From Octopus sinensis (lineage: Eukaryota), in assembly GCF_006345805.1 (NCBI RefSeq), contig NC_042999.1:134416001-134480000 (forward strand): a DNA stretch of 64,000 bases. The letters are read 5' to 3'. Shown in pieces: positions 26,241-38,780 of this stretch. The translations under genes were made by a program, and so were the position numbers. Under the pieces are notes generated by a model that saw only the letters and a list, made by a program, of their open reading frames with translations, searched no databases and was not told the origin of the DNA. Position 1 is the stretch's first letter, and the number at the start of each line of letters is the position of its first letter.

Positions 26241-26654
26241 TTCTTTACTCTTTTACTTGTTTCAGTCATTTGACTGCGACCATGCTGGAGCACCGCCTTT
26301 AGTCGAGCAAATCGACTCCAGGACTTATTCCTTGTAAGCCTAGTACTTATTCTATCGGTCTCTTTTGTCGAACCGCTGTCACGGGGATGTAAACACACCA
26401 GCATCGGTTGTGAAGCGATGTTGGGGGACAAACACAGACACATAAAACTCGCACACACATATATATATATGTATACATATACATATATACGACGGGCTTC
26501 TTTCAGTTTCCGTATACCAAATCCACTCACAAAGCTTTGGTCGGCCTGAGGCTATAGTAGGAAATATTTGCTCAAGGTGCAACGCAGTAGGGCTGAACGC
26601 GGAACCATGTGGTTCGTAAGCAAGCTACTTACCACACAGCCACTCCTGTGCCTA
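26241..26654 (-). mobile_element. SINE family A, full-length
   Basis: All family A blocks present. Confidence 0.9.
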
Positions 26655-26819
26655 TCATTAAAAGTTCTTCTGTTTTTTTTTTTTTTTGTTTTTTTTTAAT
26701 TGTTGTATGTGGATCATTGGACTGCAGCCATGCAGATGAACTCCTTTGAAGCAAAACGTCAAATAAATTGACTACAGTCTACTACTTATTTGATTGTTCA
26801 AACAAATTACACACGAAAA

Positions 26820-27850
26820 GCATTTATTCATCAAAAATATCCCCTCATATTCTATTGTCAGTTGCCATCGTTGAACCCGAAGCTCACTTCCACGTTTATA
26901 CCATTTGGCTGAGTTAGATGCAAAAAAACTCCTTCTATCCGTTTTCAGCTTCAATCCACATTGTTGAATCTCAGTCTGTGCAGATAATGAGCCATCATTC
27001 GGGAAAGTAAGTAAACTGATGATACGAGGTCTAGACTGTAGGCAGGGTGCGGTAGCACTTCTAGCCACGCAAGTTTCTTAAGGTTGAGCTTGTTCACATT
27101 GGAAGTTATTGCTGAGACATTGTCATGTTGTAGAAGGGCGCATCTTCGATTGATAAATACCAGATTGCGGGCTTTTAAAGCATCATGTACTCGCTGCGGT
27201 TGTCAAGCATAAAGGTTAGCATTCACAGCATGAGCATCTGGACAAGCTCAAAGTACATACACCCTCGAAATTCCACCAAACACACATGATGTTTTGTTCA
27301 AACTGCCCTTGTTAGATAACAGGTTCTGAAGCTTGGCCGGAACGAAGTCACTGATTTCTCTGACGATTACAGAAATAGATCCATTTTTCATTCCCATTTA
27401 AAATTCGACGCCCAAAACGGGCATCTCGAGGATTTGGCAGCAGTTGTTTGCCAATGTTCACAAGTTGTTGAGCCTGATCAATGATTAGTTCATGATCTTC
27501 TTGACATCGTCTGTTCACAAAGCCGAGCTTATGAAGGTGTCGTCTTATGTGGCTTTTTGAAGGACCTAGTTTTGCCGACAATGTATTTGACTGTTGTTCT
27601 TGTGTTTGGCTTTTGTTCAAATATTTCCAGTAAAGCCTCATCTTCTACAACAGAAGTCCCCCTGACTTTGATTTTTCTTTGAGACTGATGTCATCTTCCT
27701 TGAAACATCTGAACCAGTTTTGTACCACACGTTCGCTGACAATTCTTAGGCTTTCCACATCATTAATTTGTTGTCGCTATCCTTGCACTCATTTCTTTAG
27801 TATAAAATGGCTGTAATTGCAATTTATCACCACTGATTATCAAAGCTGTA
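26820..27850 (-). mobile_element. Mariner (DD34D, Mos1/SETMAR-like) transposase pseudogene
   Basis: VSERVVQNWFRCFKE (HTH), RRILNGNEKWIYF (cf. IVTGDEKW), VWWN, LLQHDN and LEVLPHPAYSLDLVSS (cf. PHPPYSPDLAPSD); several stops and frameshifts. Confidence 0.85.
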
Positions 27851-29344
27851 AGCTTTAAGTATTAAATAATTAATGTTCATATGTTATATATGAAAATATA
27901 GGATAAACAATTCAATAACGATTGGACGAGTTGTATCAATTTAATGATATAACAGGGAGATAAAAGTTGCGAAAACTCATCAAACTTCGAAAAAACTTTT
28001 GACTCAGTCTCGTACAACGTTTCGAATATGGTCCTCTGTCAAATACAAGAAGAAAGTCGGCGTAAAAAACGAAGAGGAGAAAATAGGTTCTAAGAGAGAA
28101 AAGAGCCAGGAAAAAAAATGCACATGGGTTAAGCCTAGATGTTCAGACAAAAACAGGTATATCAAGTAGAGTGCAACATAAATTCTTGGTTTATGAAAAT
28201 TATCTCCACCTCGGAACAGTGAGACCAGTACCATATGAAAAAAGGAAGACAATTACAAGTTTCAAGTATTTTCCAAATCTGACACGCCATTCCAGAAAAG
28301 GAAAGCTTATTAGCCGGAGATAAGATGACAGATTTTTACTTTATCAGGAGCCATCAGAACGACAATCATCCTAACCTATCTGCAACAGTCATAGGACATA
28401 AATAGGCAAAAAGAATACAACATATTTATGGCCTCAGTAATTTGCAAAGATTAAACAAAAATGAGTCAATAGAAATAACTCAAAGTGAACAATGACCCGA
28501 TATGAAGAACATAGACTCATGCAAGAATACCAAATATCATGTAGCACATATTCTTGTCTGTTCTATTTTTCATATGAGGAACACTTAATGCCTTGGAAAA
28601 GATGCATCGGTTTAATTGACCCCAATACTTGACTCGTGCTTTTGATGTTGCTGGAACTATTTTATCTCCCCACGAAAAGATAGACTGCAAAGTCGTTTCA
28701 CAGCATTCGAGCTCAAATCATTTTGTCTGACGCTCTACTAATTCTACCATAATACTACTGCCACTTTGAATTAAATACTTCAGAAGTATTCCAGCTGTGA
28801 TTTGCGGCAACTTACAGAAACGGTTGATTTATATATTTATATAGTTGATGTAGTTAGCCTTTGTCGTTTACCGCCGTCTTAACTGTTTAACATCCTGCTC
28901 ACTGAGATTTCTCTTATACTTTATTCTCTTTAATAGAACTTAATTGTAGTCACATGTCTCACCATTAATCCCTATGTACATAGTCACCAATTGACTAGTA
29001 TATCTCGCTAGACATACTAGTCACACACTAGACATACAAGTCAAGTGGAGAGGATGTGTAGTGATGTTCATTCTACTTCGTATGAAGTTAACTGAGTTGC
29101 TCACTTTACAACACTAGCTTTATGAGGGGGAAATGTGAGGTCAAGCCCCGACTGAAATTTCTTCTTTTTTTATCTTTTCTTTGAGAGAACCATTTTTGAT
29201 GTGCGTATATTTCTCAACACATTGTTTTCGGTCTGTAATTCTACATACCATAATTCTAGGTGTCATGAACGCTCCAATCTCGAACACGAAGTCAAAGTTT
29301 GACTTGAAAATTTTACAAGCGATAAACATGAAAGCAAGATCTCA

Positions 29345-29900
29345 GCAATTTCACGACGCAAGCGTGGCTGAGTGGTAAGAAACTTACTTTCCAATCACAT
29401 GATTCGGAATTCAGTCCCACTGCGTGGTACGTTGGGCAAGTGTCTTCTGCTATAGCCTCTGGCCGACCAAAACCTTGAGAGTAGATGTGGTAGTCGGAAA
29501 CTGATAGAAACCCGTCGTATATATGCATGTACGACTATAGTAGAAGACACTTGCACATGGTGTCACGCAGTGGGACTGAACCCGGAACCATGTGGCTGGT
29601 AAGCAAGCAACTTACCACACAGCCACTCCTGCGCCTATATACACACACACACAGAGCGGTCTTCTTTCAGTTTCCATCTACCAAATCCACTCACAAGGCT
29701 TTGATCAGCCCGAGGCTTTTATAGAAGACACTTCTATAGGTTGGGTGATGGTGGTGGTAACAATAACGACGACGACGACAAGAATGATGATGATGATGAT
29801 GATGATGACGATGATATTTTATTACCAACTCATTCCCTATTAAGATTAGCAAATACCATGCAGTGGAGCCGAACCTGTAACCATGTGGTTGGGAAGCATG
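29345..29900. mobile_element. Cluster of SINE A fragments in both orientations
   Basis: Head on plus at 29345-29520; minus-strand fragments at 29530-29640 and 29650-29900. Confidence 0.75.
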
Positions 29901-30525
29901 GTTTACAACTTTTTAAAAATTTGTCCAACATCATAGCAAATAAAGAAGACTTATGTGAATGCAAATCCTATTTGTTTTTCTCATCGATAAAGACAGGGGA
30001 AGGGCTACCAAAATATTTCACTTATTACTTTTAGGGAGGCCTAAGAACCTGTTAGGTTGAAATCGTTACTCTAGCTATGCACGGTGAGATTTTTGAGATT
30101 TATTTTCGGAAAAAGTAAACTCGATGCCAGGAAATAAGGTAGCTTTTACTCTGAAACACACGCTGCAGTTCTTCACACACTGCCTCTATGAGTAAATTAA
30201 AGAAGCTTATATATACAGCAATACATTCACTGCACTTAACACATTCTTGCTCTCACTTCGCATTTATAGCAGCAGTACCGTATGTTTAAAAACTCTCTTG
30301 ATGGTGTTTTTTTAACATCCTCTGGCACGTCGATGTGGCTTATTTTAACAGGTAGAGAGAGAGAGAGTGGGGGGTGGAGAGGGAGATGCACTGCAAATTA
30401 TTGGGTTCCTGTGCAAGAATGCGTATGAACATCTGACGCCACGGAGGGTTTTGTGTGGTAGCAAAAGGCGGGTTCTTGTAGGTTGGGTGATGGTGGTGGT
30501 AACAATAACGACGACGATGACGACA

Positions 30526-30559
<34 letters not shown>

Positions 30560-30608
30560 CGATGACATTTTATTCCCAGCTCAATCCCTATTAAGATTAG
30601 CAAATACC

Positions 30609-30825
30609 TATTTCTTTACTACCCACAAGGGGCTAAACACAGAGAGGACAAACAAGGACAGACAAACGGATTAAGTCGATTATATCGACCCCAGTGCGTA
30701 ACTGGTACTTATTTAATCGACCCCAAAAGGATGAAAGGCAAAGTCGACCTCGGCGGAACTTGAACTCAGAACGTAACGGCAGACGAAATACGGCTACGCA
30801 TTTTGCCCGGCTTGCTAACGTTTCT
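30609..30825 (-). mobile_element. SINE family B, subfamily with Tx1-like tail
   Basis: Minus tail TTTAGCCCCTTGTGGGTAGTAAAGAAATA; head AGAAACGTTAGCAAGCCGGGCAAAATGCG...GAGTTCAAGTTCC. Confidence 0.9.
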
Positions 30826-31713
30826 ATCATGTCCATCTCATCATTGTGTTGTCCAATGTGTTTTTTTAAAGAAGGTACGATGGAAGCTGAAAATAATTTG
30901 ACTGTTATTTCTACCAGTTGAAGTAACCACATTGACGTCTCCAAGCTGGTTCACGATGATGATGATGATGATGATGACAATGGTAATGACGATAGTAGTA
31001 ACGATGTTGGTGGTGGTGCTGGCGGTGGTGATAGTGACGGGGCAGTAGTAGGGATAGTTGTAGTCGTGTGGAGCTAGCGGTGGCGGTAGTGACGTTGGCG
31101 GTAGTGGTGGTGGCGGTTATGGCGGCAGTGGTGATGGCGGTGGTGGTGGTTGTTGCGCTGCTGCTGCTGCTGCTGCTGCTGATGGTGATGATGATGTGTG
31201 TGGTAGTGGCTCTGGTGGCGTGTTTCTCACTTTATGCATTCATTCCTCTTTTATTCATTTATGATTTTTTTGTTTCTTTCTAAAATGTATTTATTGTTAA
31301 TTGAGATAGGAGATGGCGCCAATACCGGTTGAGCGATCAGTGGGGGGTTGCTGGTTCTAATGGGAGGTGTGGCTGAGGTGACGCAGTCAGCCGCTTTTCA
31401 TGTCGGTACACTTCAAACGGATTACTGTGTAATTAAAAAGAAATTATCGTACCTTAAACAAATATGGAACATGCCGACACCCACATCTCTATCCCACTCT
31501 GTCTTTCCCCTTTCTCCTTCACTGTCTGTCTGTATGTCTTTCTACCTCTCTTTCATAGACACACCCTCTCTTTTATGTCACTCCCACTCTTCCTCTCACC
31601 TGTTCTTGCTCTTTCTCTGTTACCTATTCCGTCTACTGTTTCACCTCTCTTGCAAGAGTTCTGTTTCCTATCTCCTCTCTATAATACATCTTATCTCTTT
31701 GTTCATCCACCCT

Positions 31714-31813
<100 letters not shown>

Positions 31814-31814
31814 A

Positions 31815-31980
31815 CGCAGGCCTAGCTGAATGGTACCAATCTTGCTTCCCAACTACATGGTCTCAGGTTCAATCCCATTGCGTGGCACTTTGAGTAAATG
31901 TCTTCTACTATGGCCTCAGGCCGACTAAAGCCTTCTGAGCGAATTTGGTAGACGGAAAATGAAAGAAGTCCGTCGTATAT
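31815..31980 (+). mobile_element. SINE A 5' half
   Basis: CGCAGGCCTAGCTGAATGG...GGTTCAATCCC...GATTTGGTAGACGGAAA. Confidence 0.75.
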
Positions 31981-32031
31981 ACATATATAAGTGTATGTGT
32001 GTGTCACTCTGTTGCTTCTGCTAAATATTAA

Positions 32032-32385
32032 TATTCTTTTCTACTCTAGGCACAAGGCCCGAAATTTTGGGTGAGGGGGCCAGTCGATTAGATCGACCCC
32101 AGGACGCAACTGGTATTAAATCTATTGACACCGAAAGGATGAAAGGCAAATTCGACATCGGCGGAATTTGAACTCAGAACGTAAAGACAGACGAAATACC
32201 TATTTCTTTACTACCCACAAGGGGCTAAACACAGAGAGGACAAACAAGGACAGACAAGGGGATTAAGTCGATTACATCGACCCCGGTGCGTAATTGGTAC
32301 TTAATTTATAGACCTCCGAAAGTATGAAAGGCAAAGTTGACCTTGGCGGAATTTGAACTCAGAAAGTAATGGCAGACGAAATACC
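32032..32385 (-). mobile_element. Two stacked 5'-truncated SINE B copies (32032-32200, 32201-32385)
   Basis: Both begin on minus at GGTATTTCGTCTG; they differ in tail type. Confidence 0.9.
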
Positions 32386-35300
32386 AATTTCTTTATTGCC
32401 CACCGGGGGCCAAACATAGAAATGGACAGAACAACTGATGGGATCAGTAAAGCGATTTGATTTTACATATAATGTGACTTTAAAAATTTAAATACAACAT
32501 TAAAAAATCGAATGGAATTAACAATACAAAGACAATACAAATGAAGCGATGTTCAGGCCACGCTCCGACCCCACAAGCCCTGATCTACCGCTGGTACCTT
32601 TTTTTGTTCTTTTTTTTCCCGTCTATTCACACGGTTCCTTGCACGCACAACGCTCGTGCAACATGCTCCCATCTCTTTTGGAACGTACACTCCGACAGAC
32701 ATCTCTTCTCCAGCCACAGTTTCTTTTTCAAATGAAAAGAAAAAAATGATCGTAAATTGTGGCCAGAGATAAAGTTGCCTGTCTTAATTCCTTTTATCCT
32801 AGTCTTCCATACTGCCTCTTCGCTATTGCTACAACCGTGAGAAAACAATTCTTACCTTCGTTCGTTAAAACTCCCGGTGAATCAATTTTTATAATTGACT
32901 CAGTCGACAGTTGTACTCTTCCTTCGCCGGACAACAGGTGTTCAGCATGTTTCACATTTCAGTTATCTCCGGACACTGAACAATAGCGTGAGGGACAGTT
33001 TCCCTGTCCCCACCGCATCTTGGACAGGTCGGCGATTGACTCTTACCGTGTCTTGCGAGCTTATCTCAAACGGGCAAGGCATCTCTGTAGCATTGCCAGG
33101 TTAAGGCCTTTTGGAAGTTGTCCAACGTTCTCAACCCGAATGTACGGTGAAACAGGCTGTCCAGTTGAATAAACCCAGGACCTAAAATCGCTCCCAAGCC
33201 ATCGTCGCATTCAGACTCTACCAACCTACTATATAAAATCCGTGTGGAACCCCCACCGCTGGCGTTGCCCGAGCGCCGGAATAGCAAAAGGGCCTTACGC
33301 CACCCTTTATGCCACTCACTCGACCCCGGTCTATGAGAACACCAGGCTTCCTGTTAGCAAAAACTTATGAACTCGGGGAACATTTATCTGGCCAGCGGAG
33401 ACCACACCCGTTCACTATCCAGGAGAATCTAGAGGTGCCTCAACCTCAACGTATGTCTGCGCATCATTAACCAAGGCATCCTTAAACCTCCCTTTAAAGG
33501 CTTTTGACAGTAGACAGAGCGTTTCACAAGTGGTGACCTGCCTTTCCACAAAAAGCGAAAGAACTGTCTCTCCAACCTGATCAACCACGAATTAGGACAG
33601 GGCACAACGGTCAGGCGGTAGGTAATGACCGATGCGATAAAGACATTGGCCACCTCCGCCCTCCCTTTTAGGGATAGCCACCGCCAAGACCAGGTCTTGA
33701 CTACTGCAGCCACCCTGCTCAATACCTCCGTCCAGTTCTTCTCTATCTGGAGGCCTGGTCCAAACCAAACTCCCAGCAACTTAACCGGTCCCTCCGTCCA
33801 GCACCCAATAATGCTGTCTGAAGGCATCGACTTGCCAACCCAGATGCCGAGCTGCAAGCCGACCGACTTTTCCCCGTCAATCTTTGCTCCTGCCATCTCC
33901 TCGTAAGCCTCAATAGTCTTACCCACTTCACGTAGGCGTGCTACCGTGGTTACGCTGATAGTGATATCATCCGCGTAAGCCGTAACAAACTCCTCTAGAG
34001 TTTCTTTCGGGATGCCACTCAACCTTCGCAGTAGCGGCTCGAGAGCCATCACACACAAAAGTGGTGAGAGCGGACATCTTTGACGAACTGAGAGTCTGAT
34101 GCAGAACGACTTCGAAAGGAAACCGTTCACCCGAACTATCGAGTCAATGTTGTGGTACAAAGCGATAAACCACCTGAGGGAGCCAAGGCCCAGGCCGAAC
34201 CACGCAAGCGCAGTCGCCAGGTATCGATGGTCAACCCTATCAAAAGCTTTAGACTGGTCTAAATGTACCAATGCTCCACCTTTGCCACATTTATTACCAT
34301 AACCTCTCTATGGTATAGCGAATAAGATGGATGGTATCCTGAATGGTTCTGCCTGGGATGGCACATGTTTGTGCCTCCCCGACTATACCATTCGCGACAC
34401 GCTCCAACTTTTTTGCTAACACCTTGGCCAAAATCTTCACTTCTGCGTTTAACAGAGTGATGGGCCTGAAATTCTCAATAACGTCCCCCTTGTCCGGGTC
34501 CTTTCTGACCAACGTCACTACTCCCCGGCGCACAGATCTGGAGATAAACCCATTATGTTGCCAGTTCGCGTACACGTCAGCCAGTAGTTGCTCGAACAAG
34601 TCTGACATACATTTATACAGCTCGTACGGAAGACCATCAAGTCCCAGCGACTTACCCGCTTTACAGTCGGCCAAAGCCTCCATCACCTCCACAGGCGTGA
34701 TTGGGCCTTCGCAAGACTCCGCATCCGACCCCGAGAGACACGGCAACCCGACAAGAAAGTCCTCGAGGGATCTCCCACCACCAGGACCGCCGTCACCCCC
34801 GAACAGCTGGGCGAAGGCCTCACACATTTTCTCGGGTTCGTTTACCAAGACACCATTTTGATTCGTCAAAGACCGAATGGTGGAACTATTTCCTTGCCGA
34901 GCTTCCACCACTCTGGCCCATCCAGCGGCCTTGATTCCTTCACTTCCCATCGCACGAAACTTAGCTCTGGCAATACTTCCCATGTGTTGGGCTTCAAGAT
35001 GCTGGTTTAACTCCAGTCTTTTCACCCTCGCTTGGTCCGCACTACCAGTCCTCCAGGCGTCTAGTTCCTTAACTAGACCATCTCCTATTCTACGTCCCTT
35101 CTTAGCTAAACTTATGCTAAACTTTACAAACTCATATTTGATGGCTCTTTTTAGGGCGTACCACCATTTGTTATTAATGATGGTACCTGTTAATGCCCTC
35201 TGTATTAACATTTTGATCTGCTTTCTGTACTCCTCAATTTCCAGTAGCCAGATCCCTGACTATGCAACTTATCTATCGTCAGTTTACAGGTAACCATCTT

Positions 35301-35420
35301 GTTGTCACTGTAGCTGACTAGAAAAAAACTGTGGACACTCGGCTGCTATGGACTTATCTGTTTCTCTAATTAAAATCTTATCTAGATATGTTCTGGAAGA
35401 CCCGTCACTATTTGACAGAG
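32386..35420 (-). mobile_element. 5'-truncated Tx1/L1-clade LINE: end of APE endonuclease, RT, zinc knuckle, 3' UTR; frameshifted
   Basis: SNSDGSSRTYLDKILI...YSDNKMV...GYWKL (APE end, ~35235-35415). ORFs 34294-35211 and 33429-34271 carry GLDGLPYE, NFRPITLLN, LDQSKAFDRVDH, PLSPLL and YADD. CPRCGGDRETVPHAIVQCP at 32970-33026. Confidence 0.9.
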
Positions 35421-37803
35421 AAATAGGGAGGAAGAAAATAATCGTTGAAGACCCCACCTTCTCTGCCATGGAAGAAGTTGAAAACTTCTGGAAAAATATC
35501 TGGAGTGATGAAAAGACTTACAATAAAAATGCAGACTGGATTAGACGCACAGAAGGATCCTACCAAAACTTACCAGAACAAGCATGGGAAGACATCACAA
35601 TAACAGACCTAAGGATGACACACACGAAGGCTCATAAGTAGAAGTCCCCTGGTAATGATAGGGCGCCAAATTTCTGGCTCGCCTCGCTCCCGTGTGCACT
35701 CGAAAAGTTAGTCCAGTTATTCTATGAAATTATGAAAGATCCTTCGAAAACATCTGTTTGGTTAGCAAGTGGTATTACTTACCTACTCCTGAAGAATAAT
35801 GAAACCAGATTTCTCCAAAATTAACGGCCCATAACACATCTATCTACCACGTATAAAATTTTAACATCCATTCTCGTGGAGAAAACACAAATTTATGGAA
35901 CAGAACGATATTTTCCCTACTGAACAAAAAGGGTGCCATATGGATGGTAAAGACCAGCTCTTAGTCAAACGCATGATCCTTGAGATCTCATGTCTACATG
36001 GATCGATTATAAAAAGGCCTTCGACAGCAAACCGCATTCATGGATCTTGAAATCACTGGATATCTTCAAAATTTCACCTGTGATGTCAATACGAATCTCC
36101 AATTATACCACTCTCAATACGAATCTCCAATTATACCACTCTCATGGATTATCGACCACAAAAAATATTAATATCAACTGCGGTATTTTCCAAGATGACT
36201 CACTTTTACCTTTAATTTTCTGCATAGCCCTAATACCTCTGACCAGTGAACTTGACAGAACAGGGTATAGATATGAAATATTGGCGACAAAACAATAAGT
36301 CATCTATTTTATATGAATGACTTAAAACTCTATGGCAAAGACGATAATGAGCTTGAGGGACTACTACATACTGTGAAAGCATTCAGTGATGACATCGGGA
36401 TGGAATTTGGTTTTGATAAATAAGCCAAGGCTACTTTCCAGAAAGGGAAAATGAAGACCTCGCATTCAGTGGTTTGGATGTTGACAGTCATAAAACTTAC
36501 AATATGCCCTCGGAATATATGAGGGTTCTGGCATTCAGCATGCAAGTATGAAAGAGAAGATCAGGAAGGGGTGTTACAGGAGATTTTGAGAAGTCCTAAA
36601 ATCTGAGATAAATGCAAGTAACAAGGTATTAGCTATAAATTCCTTATCACTTCAGGTTGTTATTTACAGTTTCAATGTGCTGAACTGGAAGAGCGAAATA
36701 AGGAAGATTGATAGGATAATATGTAAGCTACTGACTTGCAATAAGATGCAACATCCAAAGGCAGACGCAGATGGTCTTTACCTACCCAGAGCTCAAGGAG
36801 CTCGAGGATTGATCCAATTTGAAATCTACAAAACCACCACAATTGGACTGGCAAACTATCTTGAAACATCTAATGACAGGATGCTAAAGCTCGTTAAAAA
36901 CCATGAAAGACGTAAGAAGATTCATTGTAATGATGAGAATAAAATAAATTTCAAGTGAGTTTATTCATAATACTCAGGTTGAACAGCATGACGGAAGTGC
37001 TACAAAGAAGGTGAAATCAATAGCAAAGCAAAATGCATTTCAACAACTGGCTGATAGGAGGGAACAAAAACCTCTACATGGCAAATATGTGGCCCGTAAC
37101 AAACAAGCTCGTGTAGACCATAAACACACTCATCAGTGGCTGAAGGCAGAGTGTGAAGACTTTATCCTGGCTGCCCAAGATCAGAACTTATTGACCCGGA
37201 ACTATCAAGCCAATGTGATGAAAAATGGTGTAGACCCAAAACGCCGATACTGCAACGATAGGATGAAGACAGTCGACCATCTAATCTCAGGGTGTCAGGT
37301 TTTAGCACCTGTAGTGTACAAATCCAGACTTGTTAGAGATGACCAATATCTACATTGGATAATGTGTCGGCATTATAAAGTCAAAACTGCTGACAAATGG
37401 TACAAGCACCAACCTAAGACTGTAACAGGGAGAAAATGTAACTATTCTTTGGGACTTTCCATTATGTACAGACCGGACCATCAAAGCAAATAAACCAGAG
37501 ATTGCTGTGAAAGGAAAAGCAATAAAGTTTCTTTATTAATTGACATGAGCATACCCTGTGATTATAATATCTCGGCAAAAGTGTTTAAGCTCAGAAAATA
37601 TAAAGTTTATCTCATCGAAATCGAAAAGATTTGGCATCTCAAGACGGTTACAATACCAGTGATTTTAGGAGCACTTGGAATGATCAAAAAAGGAACTGAA
37701 AATTATTTAAGAATGATCCCTGGCTTACCATCCATGCAGGAAGTGCAAAAAAATTTCCTTAACTGGTACGTCACATGTACTGAGAAGTGCATTGTCGCTG
37801 TGA
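35415..37803 (+). mobile_element. 5'-truncated R4/Dong-clade LINE pseudogene (RT, CCHC finger, restriction-like endonuclease)
   Basis: EVENFWKNIW, KSPGND..NFWL, WIDYKKAFDSKPHSWI, GIFQDDSLLPLIFC, LFYMNDLKLY, KPLHGKY, AAQDQ, TVDHLISGC, DMSIPCD and EIEKIW; many stops and frameshifts. Confidence 0.88.
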
Positions 37804-38114
37804 TTTTGCTTTGTTCCCCCCTTTATTTGTTTGCTTTTATTTTTTTCATTTTCCTTTTTCTTTCTGTCATCCCTTTCTTCTCTATCACATGACTTTATAA
37901 ATGAACAATCTAATTTTTTAATTTTTAATTTTTATTTTTATCTAGTTTCAGCTCACAAGCTGTGGCCATGCTGGGGCACTTATTTTAATGACCTACCAAT
38001 GTATACTGTACGTTTCTCTGCCCTAGATATCAGGAAGTCACTCGGCAAGAAATGGAAACAGAATTGAAAGAAGATGGGAAAGAAAATAACAACAACAACA
38101 ACAACAACAACAAC

Positions 38115-38149
<35 letters not shown>

Positions 38150-38519
38150 TAAATGCCTTGATGTAGTACCAGGCAGTGGCTCCCGGGGCTTCTGATCTTA
38201 ACTGATTAGAAGTGTTATCATGTACACACACACAGGTAATCGTTCCGTAAGTCAGGGATGACATTAAAATAAACATGGGAGAAGCGTTTGAAGACAGAAG
38301 ACAGAAGACTGATAAGGATGAATAACACGGCAGGAAATGAATTGAGCTCAAAACAGAGAATACGATTGGTTAAAATTCGAAGAATTAAACTACGTAAAAG
38401 TTACAAAATACATTTTTCGCAAAAAAACTAATTGAAATTAATGTTTTCTTTTGACACATTCTACCAGTATACGAAGTTTCAAATTATTTAGTTAAGTAGA
38501 AATTCTGTCCATGTTTTAG

Positions 38520-38780
38520 AAAAGATCCCAAACAGCTGAAAGAGAAGGAATTATATGGCCAATTCATCGAAACCGGGAATGTTAAAAGTGAAGAAGGTTG
38601 GTTACAGCTGTTAGACAGAAAACTGAATCACTGATTATAGTTGTTCTGGACGAATTTGAAAAAAAGAGTAATAAAATTCAAAGAGCAAACGCAGAATGTG
38701 TAGGAAAGGGAATGAAAGTATTATTAGCTCCTTAGACAACGCGGCTTTGGACAGAACAAAACGAATCCAGTGCGTCACCC
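38520..38780 (+). mobile_element. Possible very old Dong-type fragment
   Basis: KEKELYGQFIE...WLQ...KTESLII resembles the KPLHG...WL..ETE.LI.AAQDQ region. Confidence 0.35.
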
